From Welwitschia mirabilis (lineage: Eukaryota): 26,570 nucleotides of DNA. Each line of letters starts with the position of its first letter. Position 1 is the stretch's first letter. The translations under genes and the position numbers were made by a program. Shown here piece after piece: positions 1-11,696 of the stretch. The notes beneath the pieces were generated by a model. It was not told where the DNA came from and searched no databases. It saw only the letters and a program-made list of their open reading frames with translations. The stretch covers positions 9,156,070-9,182,639 of the forward strand of contig JBOZIK010000001.1 in the NCBI GenBank assembly GCA_051453625.1, read 5' to 3'.

Positions 1-1670
1 AAAATAATAAAAAGGTGATTTACAAGTCACCACTATGATACTTTCTAAGTAACTTTTATCTTTATCTACATTTGGAATGTTACTTTTATATTTAATTCTA
101 TTTTAATTCCTTTTTAAGTGGTTATTTATTAATTACTTTTTAAATATTTAAATAAATATTATTAATATTTTTAATTTTTTAATATTGATCTAATTTTCTT
201 TAAGCTTTATAACTACCTAAAAACTCAATTGGTTGATTTGATAACTAGAATAATTAAAACACATCTTATATTATCCAAGTTCTTAGTAATATGCAAAATA
301 TTTTTTTCTTTTTTTCATCTTTTTCCCTTTTTTTTTGTCCCTTCTTTTTGGGTTTATAGTTGAGGTGACAGTATGGGTTTAATCCATCGAAAAAAAAGTC
401 TTCATTACAATTTAAAAAAGAGTTTAAAACTAAGCCACCTAAAATGTCAATTTTAATAAAATACTCCATAATTTTAAAACTATGCATATTTTAGTGGTAT
501 GTTTACATTTAGATTTTTTAAGCCTTTTTAATTAATTACTTAAAAATTATTAGTTAAAATATTTAATAGGTCTTGTTATCTTTTTTAACATTTATTCTTA
601 ATCCAGTTTACTTCAAGATTAATATCTAATGAAAAACGAAAAAGGCTTTTTCTCTAATTCGAATAATTAGAATATGTGTTATATTATCAAAATTCTCATT
701 GTTATCCACATTACCAATCTAAGTCTCAAGACAACTTGTATTACTAACTTCAAAAAACTACACATGAATTTTCGAATTAGTTATTCTGTGTGTCTTATAC
801 TACTATAAATTAACACTTTTTATGAATACTTTAATTTAGAATAAGAGTTTAAATAATGTTACTATAAATCTTGCTAACATAAACTACTGTTGCATGAGAT
901 TCAAGAAGTCTCAAATCATGTAAAATAGTATTTAAAGTTTGATATGTCAAAGTATTGGATTCAAATCCTATAGTATGCAAGTTATCTTATGGTTCATATT
1001 CATATATTCAAATTGAATTTGGGTGCAACCTTCAATGTCTTCGATATGAATCACAGACCTACACTTGGTGGTGAACTCCTAGGTCGATATGAGTTTCACC
1101 TAGCTAAGAAAACTAGTAACCAGAGTGAGTGTGATACACCCTTTCATCACTTTACTTCCTTAACAAAACTCAAAAAAAGAGTTAAATTAAAAAGGGGGGA
1201 AAAACTCCTTTAGAGTACATCTTTGTAAAAGTAACATCAAATTTAAATCTTTGTATTCAATCTAGTGAAGATATTTAAATACTATTGTTATTCTTCTATA
1301 TTAACTTACTAATAATCTTTTGAATAACACAAAGAATATAGGATTTTAAGAAGAAATGAATTGAAGTGTTTTAAGTTTTCTAGTATATTATCTTTCAATA
1401 TCAAATATTAAATGAATAAATAAGAAAATCATTATTTCTTAAAAATTTCTACTTTTGAACTCTTATAAATGTGTAAGATCATTCTTTAATGTTATATGAG
1501 TAGTCCTCTCACATATAATTACAAATGCACAATTCAAAATGGAAATATTTTAATATCACTATACATGATAATAACATAATTAAAAAATTATATATTCCAT
1601 CAATTTAATTATGACTTTATATTAAATATCTGATAAATGTATTATCCCATTTCTTGCATTAATCTAAAAT

Positions 1671-1711
1671 TATATATATTCATATNNNNNNNTATATATA
1701 TATATATATAT
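1671..1711. repeat. (TA)n microsatellite spanning a small assembly gap
   Basis: TA runs on both sides of the Ns at 1686-1692. Confidence 0.9.
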
Positions 1712-2599
1712 GAATAACTATTTGAAAATAATATGATCAAATTGGAGTCATGATTCTCTTAAAGAACAATTATGGGTTCTTTCAAGGAACATCTTTCATA
1801 ATCTATAAAACTAAGAGATAATATGAAATATTAGATTTCCTTTATCAAATCAAAATGTAAAGTCTAAAATGAAAGATCGATGAATACTAATTTAGTTATT
1901 ACTTTTATTTACTATGAAAATGAAAATAAATATTAAATAGTCTACAATGTTATAAATAATACTCAATAGAGCACATTAATAACATATTATAATAGTTATA
2001 TAAACTCAAACATATATGTTAAAGGATATCATATATGTCCGAGTTTATATCTCCATTTTCACTATTAATGCTAAGTTAGCTTACATTTTTATTAGTAAAA
2101 GGGAAGAGGGTTTATGTTATTTGAGTTTGAAAATATGACAATAGAATCAATGAATCAAAATTTTTACTGACTTTATGCTAATCTTATTATAGTTATCTCC
2201 AAAACAAGCTTTATTCTAAGAAGTGAACTATTTTTGAACAGTCACAAAGACTCATATCTTTAAAAAGAAAGTGGCGAAAAAGACAATGGAAGGGCATTAA
2301 TAAATAGAATTTTTACATAACCAACACATTCTTTATCAAATCCTACTTATAAAATAATGTCTAAGACACATGATAATTGAATTTAGTATGAATTAACTTC
2401 TTAAAGAAAACAAAACATAAAAAGTATTTCTATATTAATTTTTACTTTCACTTCTTTAGTAGAGTTTGAAGAAAATTTTAAAAATACTTAATAATTATAC
2501 AGTTCCTTTACTAGTGACATAGAAAAGGTACATCCTAAAGTATAACATCCCACATAAAATTACATTGGTTTTGTAAAATAACACTATAAAATTGTATTT

Positions 2600-2890
2600 T
2601 TGCTAATAAAATCCCTGTTAAAAGTCAAATTCCATATCAGATGAAGCCTAGTAGCATCCATGGCATTTTTTAAAAAAATATAGATAAAGGATCAAAATAA
2701 AAGAATAAAGACAAAGTATCTAACATGTAAGCTCTTCACATACAATTAAGGAAATTTATCCAATATTAAATATTTAACATTAAATAAGTATGTGAAATTA
2801 AATTTAGAACTCTTTGAGTTGGATATGGAGAGAAATTATAAATCAATTATTCATTCAAGGATGAATTATTAGAAGTATTATTTGAATCTA
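2600..2890 (+). pseudogene. Possible highly eroded reverse transcriptase fragment
   Basis: IPVKSQIPYQM (~2610-2643), then YPILNI (2757) and FELDMERNY (~2813-2839). The Y-to-D spacing of 65 nt is one base off the 66 nt in gypsy YPLPRI...FSKLD. Confidence 0.3.
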
Positions 2891-3139
2891 TAAACACATA
2901 CAAATGTGTTATTAGTAAGAACATCCTTATAAAGAATACAAAGCAAAGGGAAAGAACCTCAGCTCACAATTTCCTAGGAAATAATATTTATAACATTTTT
3001 CATAATAGAATTACATATAATTATATATTTAATTTTCTAAATATTTTTAAATTAATGTTTGGTTATATACATCTTTCTTAGAAAAGTATTATCTATATAA
3101 AAACTACTATCGCAAGCAAAGTGATTAAATGAGAAAATA

Positions 3140-3735
3140 TTTACTCACTATAAGACAAATATAGAATGATAGTGGTTACCTATTTAATAATATACAAGAA
3201 ACTACACTTAAAATAATAGAAGTTGCATAGTTTAATATCAAATTTCCATTACCATTAAGTAAGTCTAAATAGGTTTGTTCTTCCTACATGCATTTCAAAG
3301 GATTTCTAACTTATGTTTTTCTTTCCTTTGCCTTAGTCATTACTTTAACATCGATATCAATATAATAATAATACGTTAGTTCTTATAGAATTCTTAATCC
3401 TTCTAATATGGATAAAGTATTATATTAATAAATTATTTAATAGTCTAAAAACATTCTGCATATAAAATAAGTGATGGATTTCAATGCTAACAATATCCAA
3501 AGAATCTGCATTAAAATCCAAATAGAAAAAGATTTGAAGAAAAATATTAGAATTAAGTTTAACAATACCTCTTTCCTACAACCAATGACATATCTTATCC
3601 TTCCAAATTCATCTTATTACTACCATTTAAGAGTTCATGGGTTTAAATTGTTAATGATCCAATTGACATATTAAGAGCTCCTATGTGTAATTAAACCATT
3701 CATCTGATCATTTATAGTGGATGTATTTTGAAGAA
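3140..3735 (+). pseudogene. L1-type LINE ORF1 remnant (DUF4283 / zinc-knuckle region), tandem copy 1
   Basis: ORF 3471-3674 reads RICIKIQIEKDLKKNIRIKFNNTSFLQPMTYLILPNSSYYYHLRVH, which fits the plant LINE ORF1 pattern ARICVEIDLxKPLxxxIxI...FxQxVxYExLPxFCxxCxxxGH with decayed cysteines. Upstream LFFLHAF segment. Boundaries approximate. Confidence 0.6.
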
Positions 3736-3976
3736 TCATATGACTAATAGTTATTTCAAGTTTGAAATACCTTGTGTTGTAACTAAAATAAACAAGATCA
3801 TTGGAAAAAATTAGTACTCTAAACTTTAATCCAAACTACCTAAAAGAAAAGAAAGTTTCAAGAGGCTTATTCCTTGTACATGCATTTTCATAGGATATCT
3901 TATCTATTTATGTTACCTTTTCCTTTGCTTTAGTCATCACTTTGATATACATGTCAATATAAGTATATTACATTGG
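3736..3976 (+). repeat. LINE ORF1 remnant, tandem copy 2, 5' part (interrupted by element B)
   Basis: 3864-3976 aligns with ~3272-3380 (ggcttattccttgtacatgcatttt vs ggtttgttcttcctacatgcatttc; cctttgctttagtcatcactttg vs cctttgccttagtcattacttta). Period about 590 bp. Confidence 0.75.
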
Positions 3977-5197
3977 TGTTGCGGTCGTATTTTTGCAACT
4001 TCACATCTTACTTCAAATCTTGTTAATCAATATATATAGATTGTAAAATACACACTCTAGTATGAATGGAAGTGATTCAAATGTTGTAACCCATTAAAAA
4101 CTTATAAGAGAAGAATGAGAATTGATTTTCAAAGAGAATATGATAACCAAAACTTAAGAAATAATGTAAGAAAGTAAATGTGCGATGCAATGCAAATTCA
4201 CTTAACCTAAATGAACACCTATCTGAGTATCAAATCGACGGGTCAAAACGATTGGCCCTATGTAACCTAAATTAGTTAAGAAAATTGTCACTAACCAGGA
4301 CTAACTTAAGCTATCAAGTGAATCAAATAAATGCAATGCAAAATGAATCTAAAACTACTTTCCTTAGCCTTAACAAAGTCTATTCTTAAAATGTATAGCA
4401 TTAATGAAACTGTCACAAGATAAAGGACAACATAAATCATAAGGGAAATATAAGAGAATTGAATACAAATTAAAACAAAGTTTTATACTAAAGTAGAACC
4501 ATCATCTGGGTTATAAAATAGTCGAGGGTCAATGAAGGATGCATAGCCCTTTACCAAAGGAATGTCTTTCTACAACTGGATCTCCAGTCCTTCGATCTCC
4601 TATCATAAGAATGTCTGACGCAAATGAAAATGAATAGGAGAGTGAAAGGAGGGTCTTATTTATAGGGCTAAAAAGCAAAACTGTCACACAAAATGTGCTA
4701 TAAAATTCTCTTAATTATAAGAAATAAATAGATGAAATGGACAAAGATTGATTGGCAGTTAAAAGTGTTGTTTTGCTTGTCATGGGGACAACCAAGGGGA
4801 CAATGGCTCAAACGTTGCATTCATTGTCCTCCATGTCATGGGGATGATACTTCTTTATAAAAGATAACTTAGTAGTACTAGCTCTAGTCCACATCAACAT
4901 TTCCATGTGGCATCTATAGTGTTGTCGTCTTACCTATTGTGGGAACAATACAGGAGATGACAATCCTCTTTGTCTTTCTAACTTAAGAGAAGTCTTTCTT
5001 TTGCATCAGTGATCTTCCTCCAAAGCCATGTGCATTAGAATGTACCTGAAATGCCTCTGAATATGTCAATAATTACAAATTTTTATGATCATCTATCAAT
5101 TCTTCATAATCCTTAGAATTACATCTAAACTTGTAGAAATGTCCTGCAAAATATCTCATAAGACCCCATCAAATACATACAATTTAGTGGCACATCA
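3977..5197 (-). repeat. 3' LTR of element B (about 1.22 kb)
   Basis: Minus-strand ends TGATGTGCC...GACCGCAACA. PPT adjacent at 5198. The left end coincides with loss of homology to the interrupted LINE repeat. TATA-like CCCTATAAATAAG on the minus strand (4655-4667). Confidence 0.85.
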
Positions 5198-5212
5198 TAG
5201 TCCCCCACTTAG
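5198..5212 (-). promoter_or_regulatory. PPT-like motif of element B
   Basis: Reverse complement CTAAGTGGGGGACTA lies immediately before the LTR TGA start, resembling the Athila ctaagtgtggggg PPT. A homolog occurs at 25493-25507. Confidence 0.8.
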
Positions 5213-6899
5213 CCTTTGTCAGTCCTTGACAAAAACCAAATGAACAACTACAATTGTGAGCTAAATTATCTTAAAAAAATCAATCTAAAAATTATAAAAT
5301 AGGCTCATAAATAATCTGAAACATATCACACAACAAAAATAACATGTAACACATCATATGTAAGAAGTAAAAATTGCAAAAATTATGTCTCATAAGAGCT
5401 CTAAAATAACCTAAAAAATTATGAAAATGATTCTTAAAAATAAGTCCTACCCTCCTTCGAGAAAAATATTACATCCCATATTGGCTAATAAAGCAAAGAA
5501 ATCAAATGTAAATCANNNNNNNNNNGTTGTTAAATTTTGACAGTTGAGAAATTAAGTGCAAAGCTAAATGGAAAAATGTCAAATTTGAAAAATAGAGATG
5601 TATAAAATATTATAACAAGCATGGAAAGAGTAGACAATTAAAATGTACTAATTAGAATGAAGCAGATCCATGAATGCCCAACAAAATATGCTGTTACAAA
5701 AAATTATAAAGAGTAGCATTTTGAACTCCAAAAGACTAAAAATGACCATCCCAAAATTATCAAGGAAACTCATCTAAACAAGAAATGGATTTTTTATTGA
5801 AAACTAGACAAGAAAACCATTAAATGTTAAGGTACTAAAATGATAAGAAAATACAAAAATGACTTTGAAACAACTAACTGAACAATNNNNNNNNNNNNNN
5901 NNNNNNNNNNNNNNNNNNNNNNNNNNNNNNNNNNTACCTACCCTAAATTTTAACCTAGCAGATTCCTGTGAAAAAAATCATAACATCACTTGATTTTAAA
6001 ATGCATGAATTGATGTATAAAAAATTTCATTCAATAAGGTAGTTGTTATAATGATGCTAAAATTAAATGCTTTAATCAATAAATAATAAGATTAAAGAGT
6101 TGCTCAAAAATAAACTCACCTACTTACATCTCAAAAAAAACACCTAAATCCTCAGAAATAAAATGATCATGTAGAAAGATGAAGAGTTTAGGAAATAAGA
6201 AATGCCTTTGATGACACCAGGAATACCACTGATTCCATAGCCTCTACATTTTTATTATTTTATTATCTAACTATTCATGATGAGGGGAGTGCAACCACAA
6301 TCAGAGAAGTAATGACCCATGAAGCATGACCAACTAACCTTCAAGTGAAATTTCCACAGCTATCACATCACATTGCCAAAGGCCCCTCCCAAGAAAATTT
6401 GCCCTAGTGTACTTATGGTAGGATGTCATGGTGATTTTGTTTTTGAGCTATTTAAAATATAAAACATCATGGTCTTATTTCACTTTTACTTTTTTCTTTT
6501 TTTTCCAACATAAATGAAAAAAATTCCACATGACCAACATTCCAAAAGACAGGAAAAAAGCACCCATAAACAATCTAAGAACTTTCATCATTAAGAGAAA
6601 GATTAGGAATAAAGCATCTTCCTTCAAAATGAAGTTCATAGATGTCTGAATGTCTTAAGATTGGGTGAATCCAATCTTACCACTGTAAAATGCCCAAGTC
6701 AAAGACTAGTCATGGAAATAAATACATAACTCATGTTTGAAAGATGATCAAGTGATGTCATAATGGTCTCCAAAGGAATAAGCTACGAAAAATTTAGACA
6801 ATGATAGGAAAAAAGCTCTACTCATTGGGGATAACCTCTAAGACTAATGCTTCTATCATGTTTATATTAGAAGATTGCTCATATATTTTCAATCTTTAC

Positions 6900-9870
6900 C
6901 CATTAACGTTCTAAATTTCTTTAGTGATTAAGTCAGAAATATCAACATAGCCATTAGAATGTACTCTCTCAAAGATAAGGATCTCACCATTTTAAGATTA
7001 ATTTATTGCTTAAAATAAAGACCAAAGTCAACATCATAAATGTAAGAGCAAAAAGGAAATACCAAATCAAACTAAAAATAAATTTTATTTAAATCCTAAA
7101 ATCTATTCTACGCTTTTATTGAAAAGAAAAAAAAGAAGGATTTGTTTCTAAGGCTATGGTCTCAGGATATTGCATTCTTTCAGAAAAATAAGAATCAAAT
7201 CAAATATTTACTAATTAATAAAACATAAAAGGTATACAATCAATTTTGAGTAAAATAAATTGGAGGAAGAGAGAGTAAAATGATAAAAATTTGATAGCAG
7301 AAATCTTAGAATTCAAATAAGAGATAAAGAAGTAATAAGTATCATTGACAAATAATATCTTATGAAAACATTATGAATCATGAGTATCATTATAAAATTC
7401 ATACAAGGAGGTACTCAAAGAAAGTATCCAAGAAGATTTTGAGGGCTCTTTTAAATGTCTAGTAAGATTAAGAAGTTTTTTATCATTCAATTCAAGACAT
7501 GGATTTTCTTTAAAGAAATGAGACTTTTTTCATTTAGCATGACCACATGAAATTTTGTCTCCATAAGATTTAGTAGTAATACAAGAGATAAAAAATTCAT
7601 ATAACTCATGGAAAAATAATCTCTTATCAAGCTTATGATATAAAGGATATGAAACATAAATTGCATTCAAAGCTTGATATTAAACATGGAAGACATTAAT
7701 GGTATAATTTGGGATTTGATGATTTGAAAGAAACATCTTAGGATGAGTGATTAAGATAGGTTTAACATACTTAATAATCTCTTTAATATTTAATTCTAAG
7801 CATGGATTTGGATCAAGAAGACAAGATTTTCCCCAATTTAGAATTTCAAGATATTCCAAGTCTTTTTTTGGAAAGGATAATCATTAAAAGTGCAAGGTAG
7901 AGTTGACTTTGCAAAAAAGAAAAAGATGCTACTTTTTGTACCACATGAAGTTTTAAAGGAGAATATTGAGAGATTTTTAGAGTAGACTCCTCAAGGTGAT
8001 GTGTTTCATTAATATCAAGGATAGGGATGTGATTAGAAGAATTAATTGAATTTTCAATAGGAATAAAGGGGGAGAGGTTATTATCATCAAGATCAAAAAG
8101 TAATGTAGAAGTAGAAGTAGAAGTAGAAGGAAGAATGTCATTAGAGGTTTTGCATGAAAGTATAAGTGAAAGAGATGAAGAGACAAGTAGAGACTCTTTA
8201 AGTTGGTTCTTTTCATTCAAAGGTATAAGTCTATTCTCTATTAAGTTTATTTTATTTTTAATTCATTATTCTTCATTCCTCTTCTTCTCATTGTTGACTT
8301 CATTACTTGGTTAAATGATCTCTTTACTTTCTTTGATCATATCTCCCTTTTTTCCATTATCTTTTCAATATCATTGATTCTATTATGCTTTTCTTTGTTT
8401 TATTTAGGATTATTTTTCTTTTCTAAGTTGGTGAATTCCTCAAAAAGATTATAGAAAGAAAAGTTCTCATTGTTTTCATTATGTGATGGGCAATTTTCTG
8501 ATATTTTATAAGTTGACTCTTCTTCCTCTCTATTGAATAATTCTATTAATTCTAAATTATAATCCTCATCTTTAGTTATTAACTTGCTATTAATGATTGT
8601 TGTCTCAGACTGTTTCCTAGATAATAAGAGTGGATGACTTCATTATAATGTAAATTTCTCACTGATTTTATTTCATTACATAAATTCTCCCTTAATTTGA
8701 TATATTTTAAAGGTCAAACTCCTTCATCCATCATAAAATAAGTGAAAACTAGGAATATGATCTAATATTTCAATGTCATCATCATCTTCTTCTTCTTCAT
8801 CATTCTCATCATCTTGTTACATGTTATTATTTTTCAATTTACTAGATTCATTAGAAGAAGAAATGCTATTATTATATTTAAATGGATTAAATAATTTTTA
8901 GATTTTTCATGAGTGGATTCTCCATCTAGATTATCTAGTAGTAAATGGATTTCAGGGATATAATATACTACTTCAATATCATCATCTAATAAATGGTTAT
9001 CCTCATCATTATTATTAAAATATTGAGTTGAGTTATTGTTTTCTCCCCTTTACTTATCTCCTAAGGATGTTGAAGTTTGATCCAAAATTTCATTCTCTAT
9101 TTGAAAGTAAGAATCATTATCATTTGCTTCTAAATTCTCCTCATTTTCTTTAAGGTAGGATCTAGAAGGATAGGTTTGAGGTTGTGCTATTATAAAAGAA
9201 CCTTGATTTTATAACAGTGTCTATTGAAGGATCTCAACTAAATTCTCTAGGTATTTATTGGTATTTTCTTGATTCTTTATAATTTCATCAATCCTTTCTT
9301 TCATTGGATCATTTTATTCCTTATAGTAATTAATGGAAAATACATGAAATTGATAAAAATGATTATAAAAAGTTTGTCTAAATGAGGTGAAATTCTTAAA
9401 ATGTGAAAAATTTTCATTATCATTTCTATATGAGGCTTAAAAAGAATAGGGAGAAAAATAAGATGTTTAAAAATAGGAAGGAGTCTAATTCTTACTCTCA
9501 ACATCATTTTGTCATGTTCTCCTCCTTTCTGTAAAACTTTTTCAAAGTGTTTTCTTCCTATTTTACTTAGAATTTTTCAAGTTTCTTCTAATTTTTGCAA
9601 GAATTCCCCTAAGGATCCTTTTATCACTAGTCATTAAAGTAATGAAATCGGAGAATCTAATTCAAGATGAAGATAAGTGCATAATGAAGATCGAGTTCTA
9701 CTTTCTTTGATGTTTTATCAACATTGTTTGAATTCTTAATGCTCAAAAGACATGTAATGGCTATCATTATTTTCCAAAAAAAAAAAAAAAAATCTTTCAG
9801 GGAGTCAAATTGAGGAAAAAAATGAACTCAGAAGAGATATTATATGCACTTGGAGATTGCATTCTCGATT
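6900..9870 (-). pseudogene. Degenerate Athila-like gag with long low-complexity C-terminal extension (element B)
   Basis: Minus-strand fragments GEFLQKLEET*KILSKIG (~9560-9612, like Athila GGxFLxKTPEEAxxLL) and ERIDEIIKNQENTNKYLENLVEILQ..QGSFIIAQPQTYP (~9165-9300, like the QLA...QGxLPSQxxxNP gag tail). Then an acidic D/E tract (~8776-8815) and the Ser/Thr-rich ORF 7846-8220. No PR, RT or INT motif seen. Boundaries approximate. Confidence 0.55.
8105..8128. repeat. (GTAGAA)4 short tandem repeat
   Basis: Four exact hexamers; they encode the STSTST run of the minus-strand ORF 7846-8220. Confidence 0.9.
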
Positions 9871-10293
9871 CCATTTTGAAGTCGACTAGTCCTTCTTTGA
9901 TACTTTCTTCTATTAGTAGCTTTTTTTTCCTTGTATTAATCATATCACGACATGCTTTAAATAGAAAACAATAGAAAATAAAATAAAAAATAACTAACAA
10001 TCATTTTTCTGGTCATAGGGACAATAAGAAGGATGACGAAAACAAAGAGTAGGAATAGAGAATAGAAATTTAGCAAAAATTTAAAAGTTGAAAATAGACT
10101 ATTGTCCTTTTAGTCATGTGAATGACATAAGGGATAATCAAAAACTAATTATTACTAACTAATAATTACTATAATCTGAAAATAAAAAGTAAAAAATAAA
10201 ATCAGGGCTGTCATCCACCTTGTCATGGGAACAATGAAGGAGACGATAGTTATTTAACTAGTGAAATAAAAACTAAAAGAAAGATTCATAGAC

Positions 10294-10994
10294 ATAAAAT
10301 AGCCAAGCCTCAATGGAGGATGCACAGCCCTTCACCAAGGGAACATCTTTCTACAACTCTTGAGATGGATCTCCAACCCTTCGATCTCCTATCATAAGAA
10401 TGTCTAATGCAAATGAAGATGGATAGGAAAGTGGAAGAGGGTCTTATTTATAGGGCTAAAAAGTGAAACAGTCACATAAAATGCATTGTAAAATGTGCTT
10501 AATTATAAGAAAGAAATGGATGAAATGGACACAGGTTAGTTGACAGTTACAAGTGTCATCCTGTTTGTCGTGGGGATGACCAATGGAATGATGGAGCAAA
10601 CATTACATTCATCATCCTGCACATCATGGGGATAACCATGGGGACGATACTCCTTTAGAAAAGATGACTCAGCAATGTGACTCTAATCCATGTCAGCATT
10701 CCCATGTGGCATTATTAGTGCTGTCATCCTATCCGTTGTAGGGATGACAGAGGGGATGATAGTTCTCTTTGTCTTTTTAACTTAAGAGAAGTCTTCCTTT
10801 TACATTAGTGATCTTTCTCCAAAGCCATGTACATCAGAATGTGCCTAAAATACCTTTGAATATGCCAAGAATTACACATTTCTGTGATCATCTATTAATT
10901 CTCCATAATCCTTATAATTGCATTTAATACTGTATAAGTGTCTTACAAAATAGCTCATAACCCCATCAAATACATACAATTTGGTAGCATGTTA
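10294..10994 (-). repeat. Truncated 5' LTR of element B
   Basis: Matches only ~4513-5197 of the other LTR. The segment equivalent to 3977-4512 and a PBS are absent. TATA-like motif at 10443-10455. Left boundary approximate. Confidence 0.85.
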
Positions 10995-11346
10995 GTTGAT
11001 TTTAGTGAAATTCCCAAACATTTCAATATGGATAAACTATATTGCCAATAAATTGTTCAATACTTGAAGAAATATTTTCTCTGTAAATCAGTGATGGACT
11101 TTAATGCTAACTTCATTAGAAGAATCTACATCAAAATCCACATAGAAAAAGCTTTAGATGCAAACATAAACTTAAGTTTCCATAATTCCTCTTTTCTATA
11201 ACCGATGACATATCCTTCACTTCCAAATCTAAGATATTATTGAACTTGTGTTTTTAAAACTTTAGGTAACCTAAATGGCATACTATGAAATCCTATATGT
11301 AATTAAATCATTCATTTGGGATATCATAGTACGTGTGCTTTTAGGG
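10995..11346 (+). repeat. LINE ORF1 remnant, tandem copy 2, 3' part
   Basis: Colinear with ~3378-3733 (gtgatggactttaatgctaac vs gtgatggatttcaatgctaac; cctatatgtaattaaatcattcat vs cctatgtgtaattaaaccattcat). Translates as RIYIKIHIEKALDANINLSFHNSSFL*PMTYPSLPN. Confidence 0.85.
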
Positions 11347-11696
11347 ATATTAAGGCCACTAAAAGCTTTGAATTCAATATCCCCTACGCTACTAGTGCGA
11401 TAAGTAAGGTTATTAAAAGAAATAGTAAAGTAAACTTCAAGTTAAATTACCACTATAGGAAACCACCATTAATTAGAATTTTTTATTTTAAATATTAATT
11501 ATTTTCATATTATAGTATATGCATCCTTTGATTTTGAGATGTTATTTATGTTGTATCTAGGATTGAGTCTTTTAATCTTAATAAAAAGCTATTCAGTTGT
11601 GATGCAAACCTCATATGCAAGTTGATATCTAATGGATCTATAACACCAACCACATGTGAAGGATAAGAAATAAAGTACACTACTATTAGCAATACA

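Larger units (their letters stand above)
3977..10994 (-). mobile_element. Athila-like LTR element B, apparently non-autonomous (gag but no detectable pol), about 7.0 kb
   Basis: Direct repeat ~4513-5197 vs ~10294-10994 (roughly 80-85% identical in the parts I compared). Minus-strand PPT next to 5197. It interrupts a LINE-derived repeat whose halves rejoin at 3976/~10995. Degenerate TSD ATTGG (3972-3976) vs GTTGA (10995-10999). Athila-type gag motifs on the minus strand. Confidence 0.85.

Noticed and set aside
266..1213. ORFs 266-487 (-) and 989-1213 (+) as genes
   Set aside because: Short, compositionally biased (poly-K from T runs), with no recognisable motif or exon context; consistent with chance.
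4764..4965. CRISPR-like repeat-spacer array from the recurring GGGGAC motif
   Set aside because: Repeats are degenerate, irregularly spaced and lie inside a eukaryotic LTR; there are no cas genes.
7977..8216. Leu-rich ORF as a signal or transmembrane peptide
   Set aside because: It is an alternative frame of the (GTAGAA)4 repeat inside element B.
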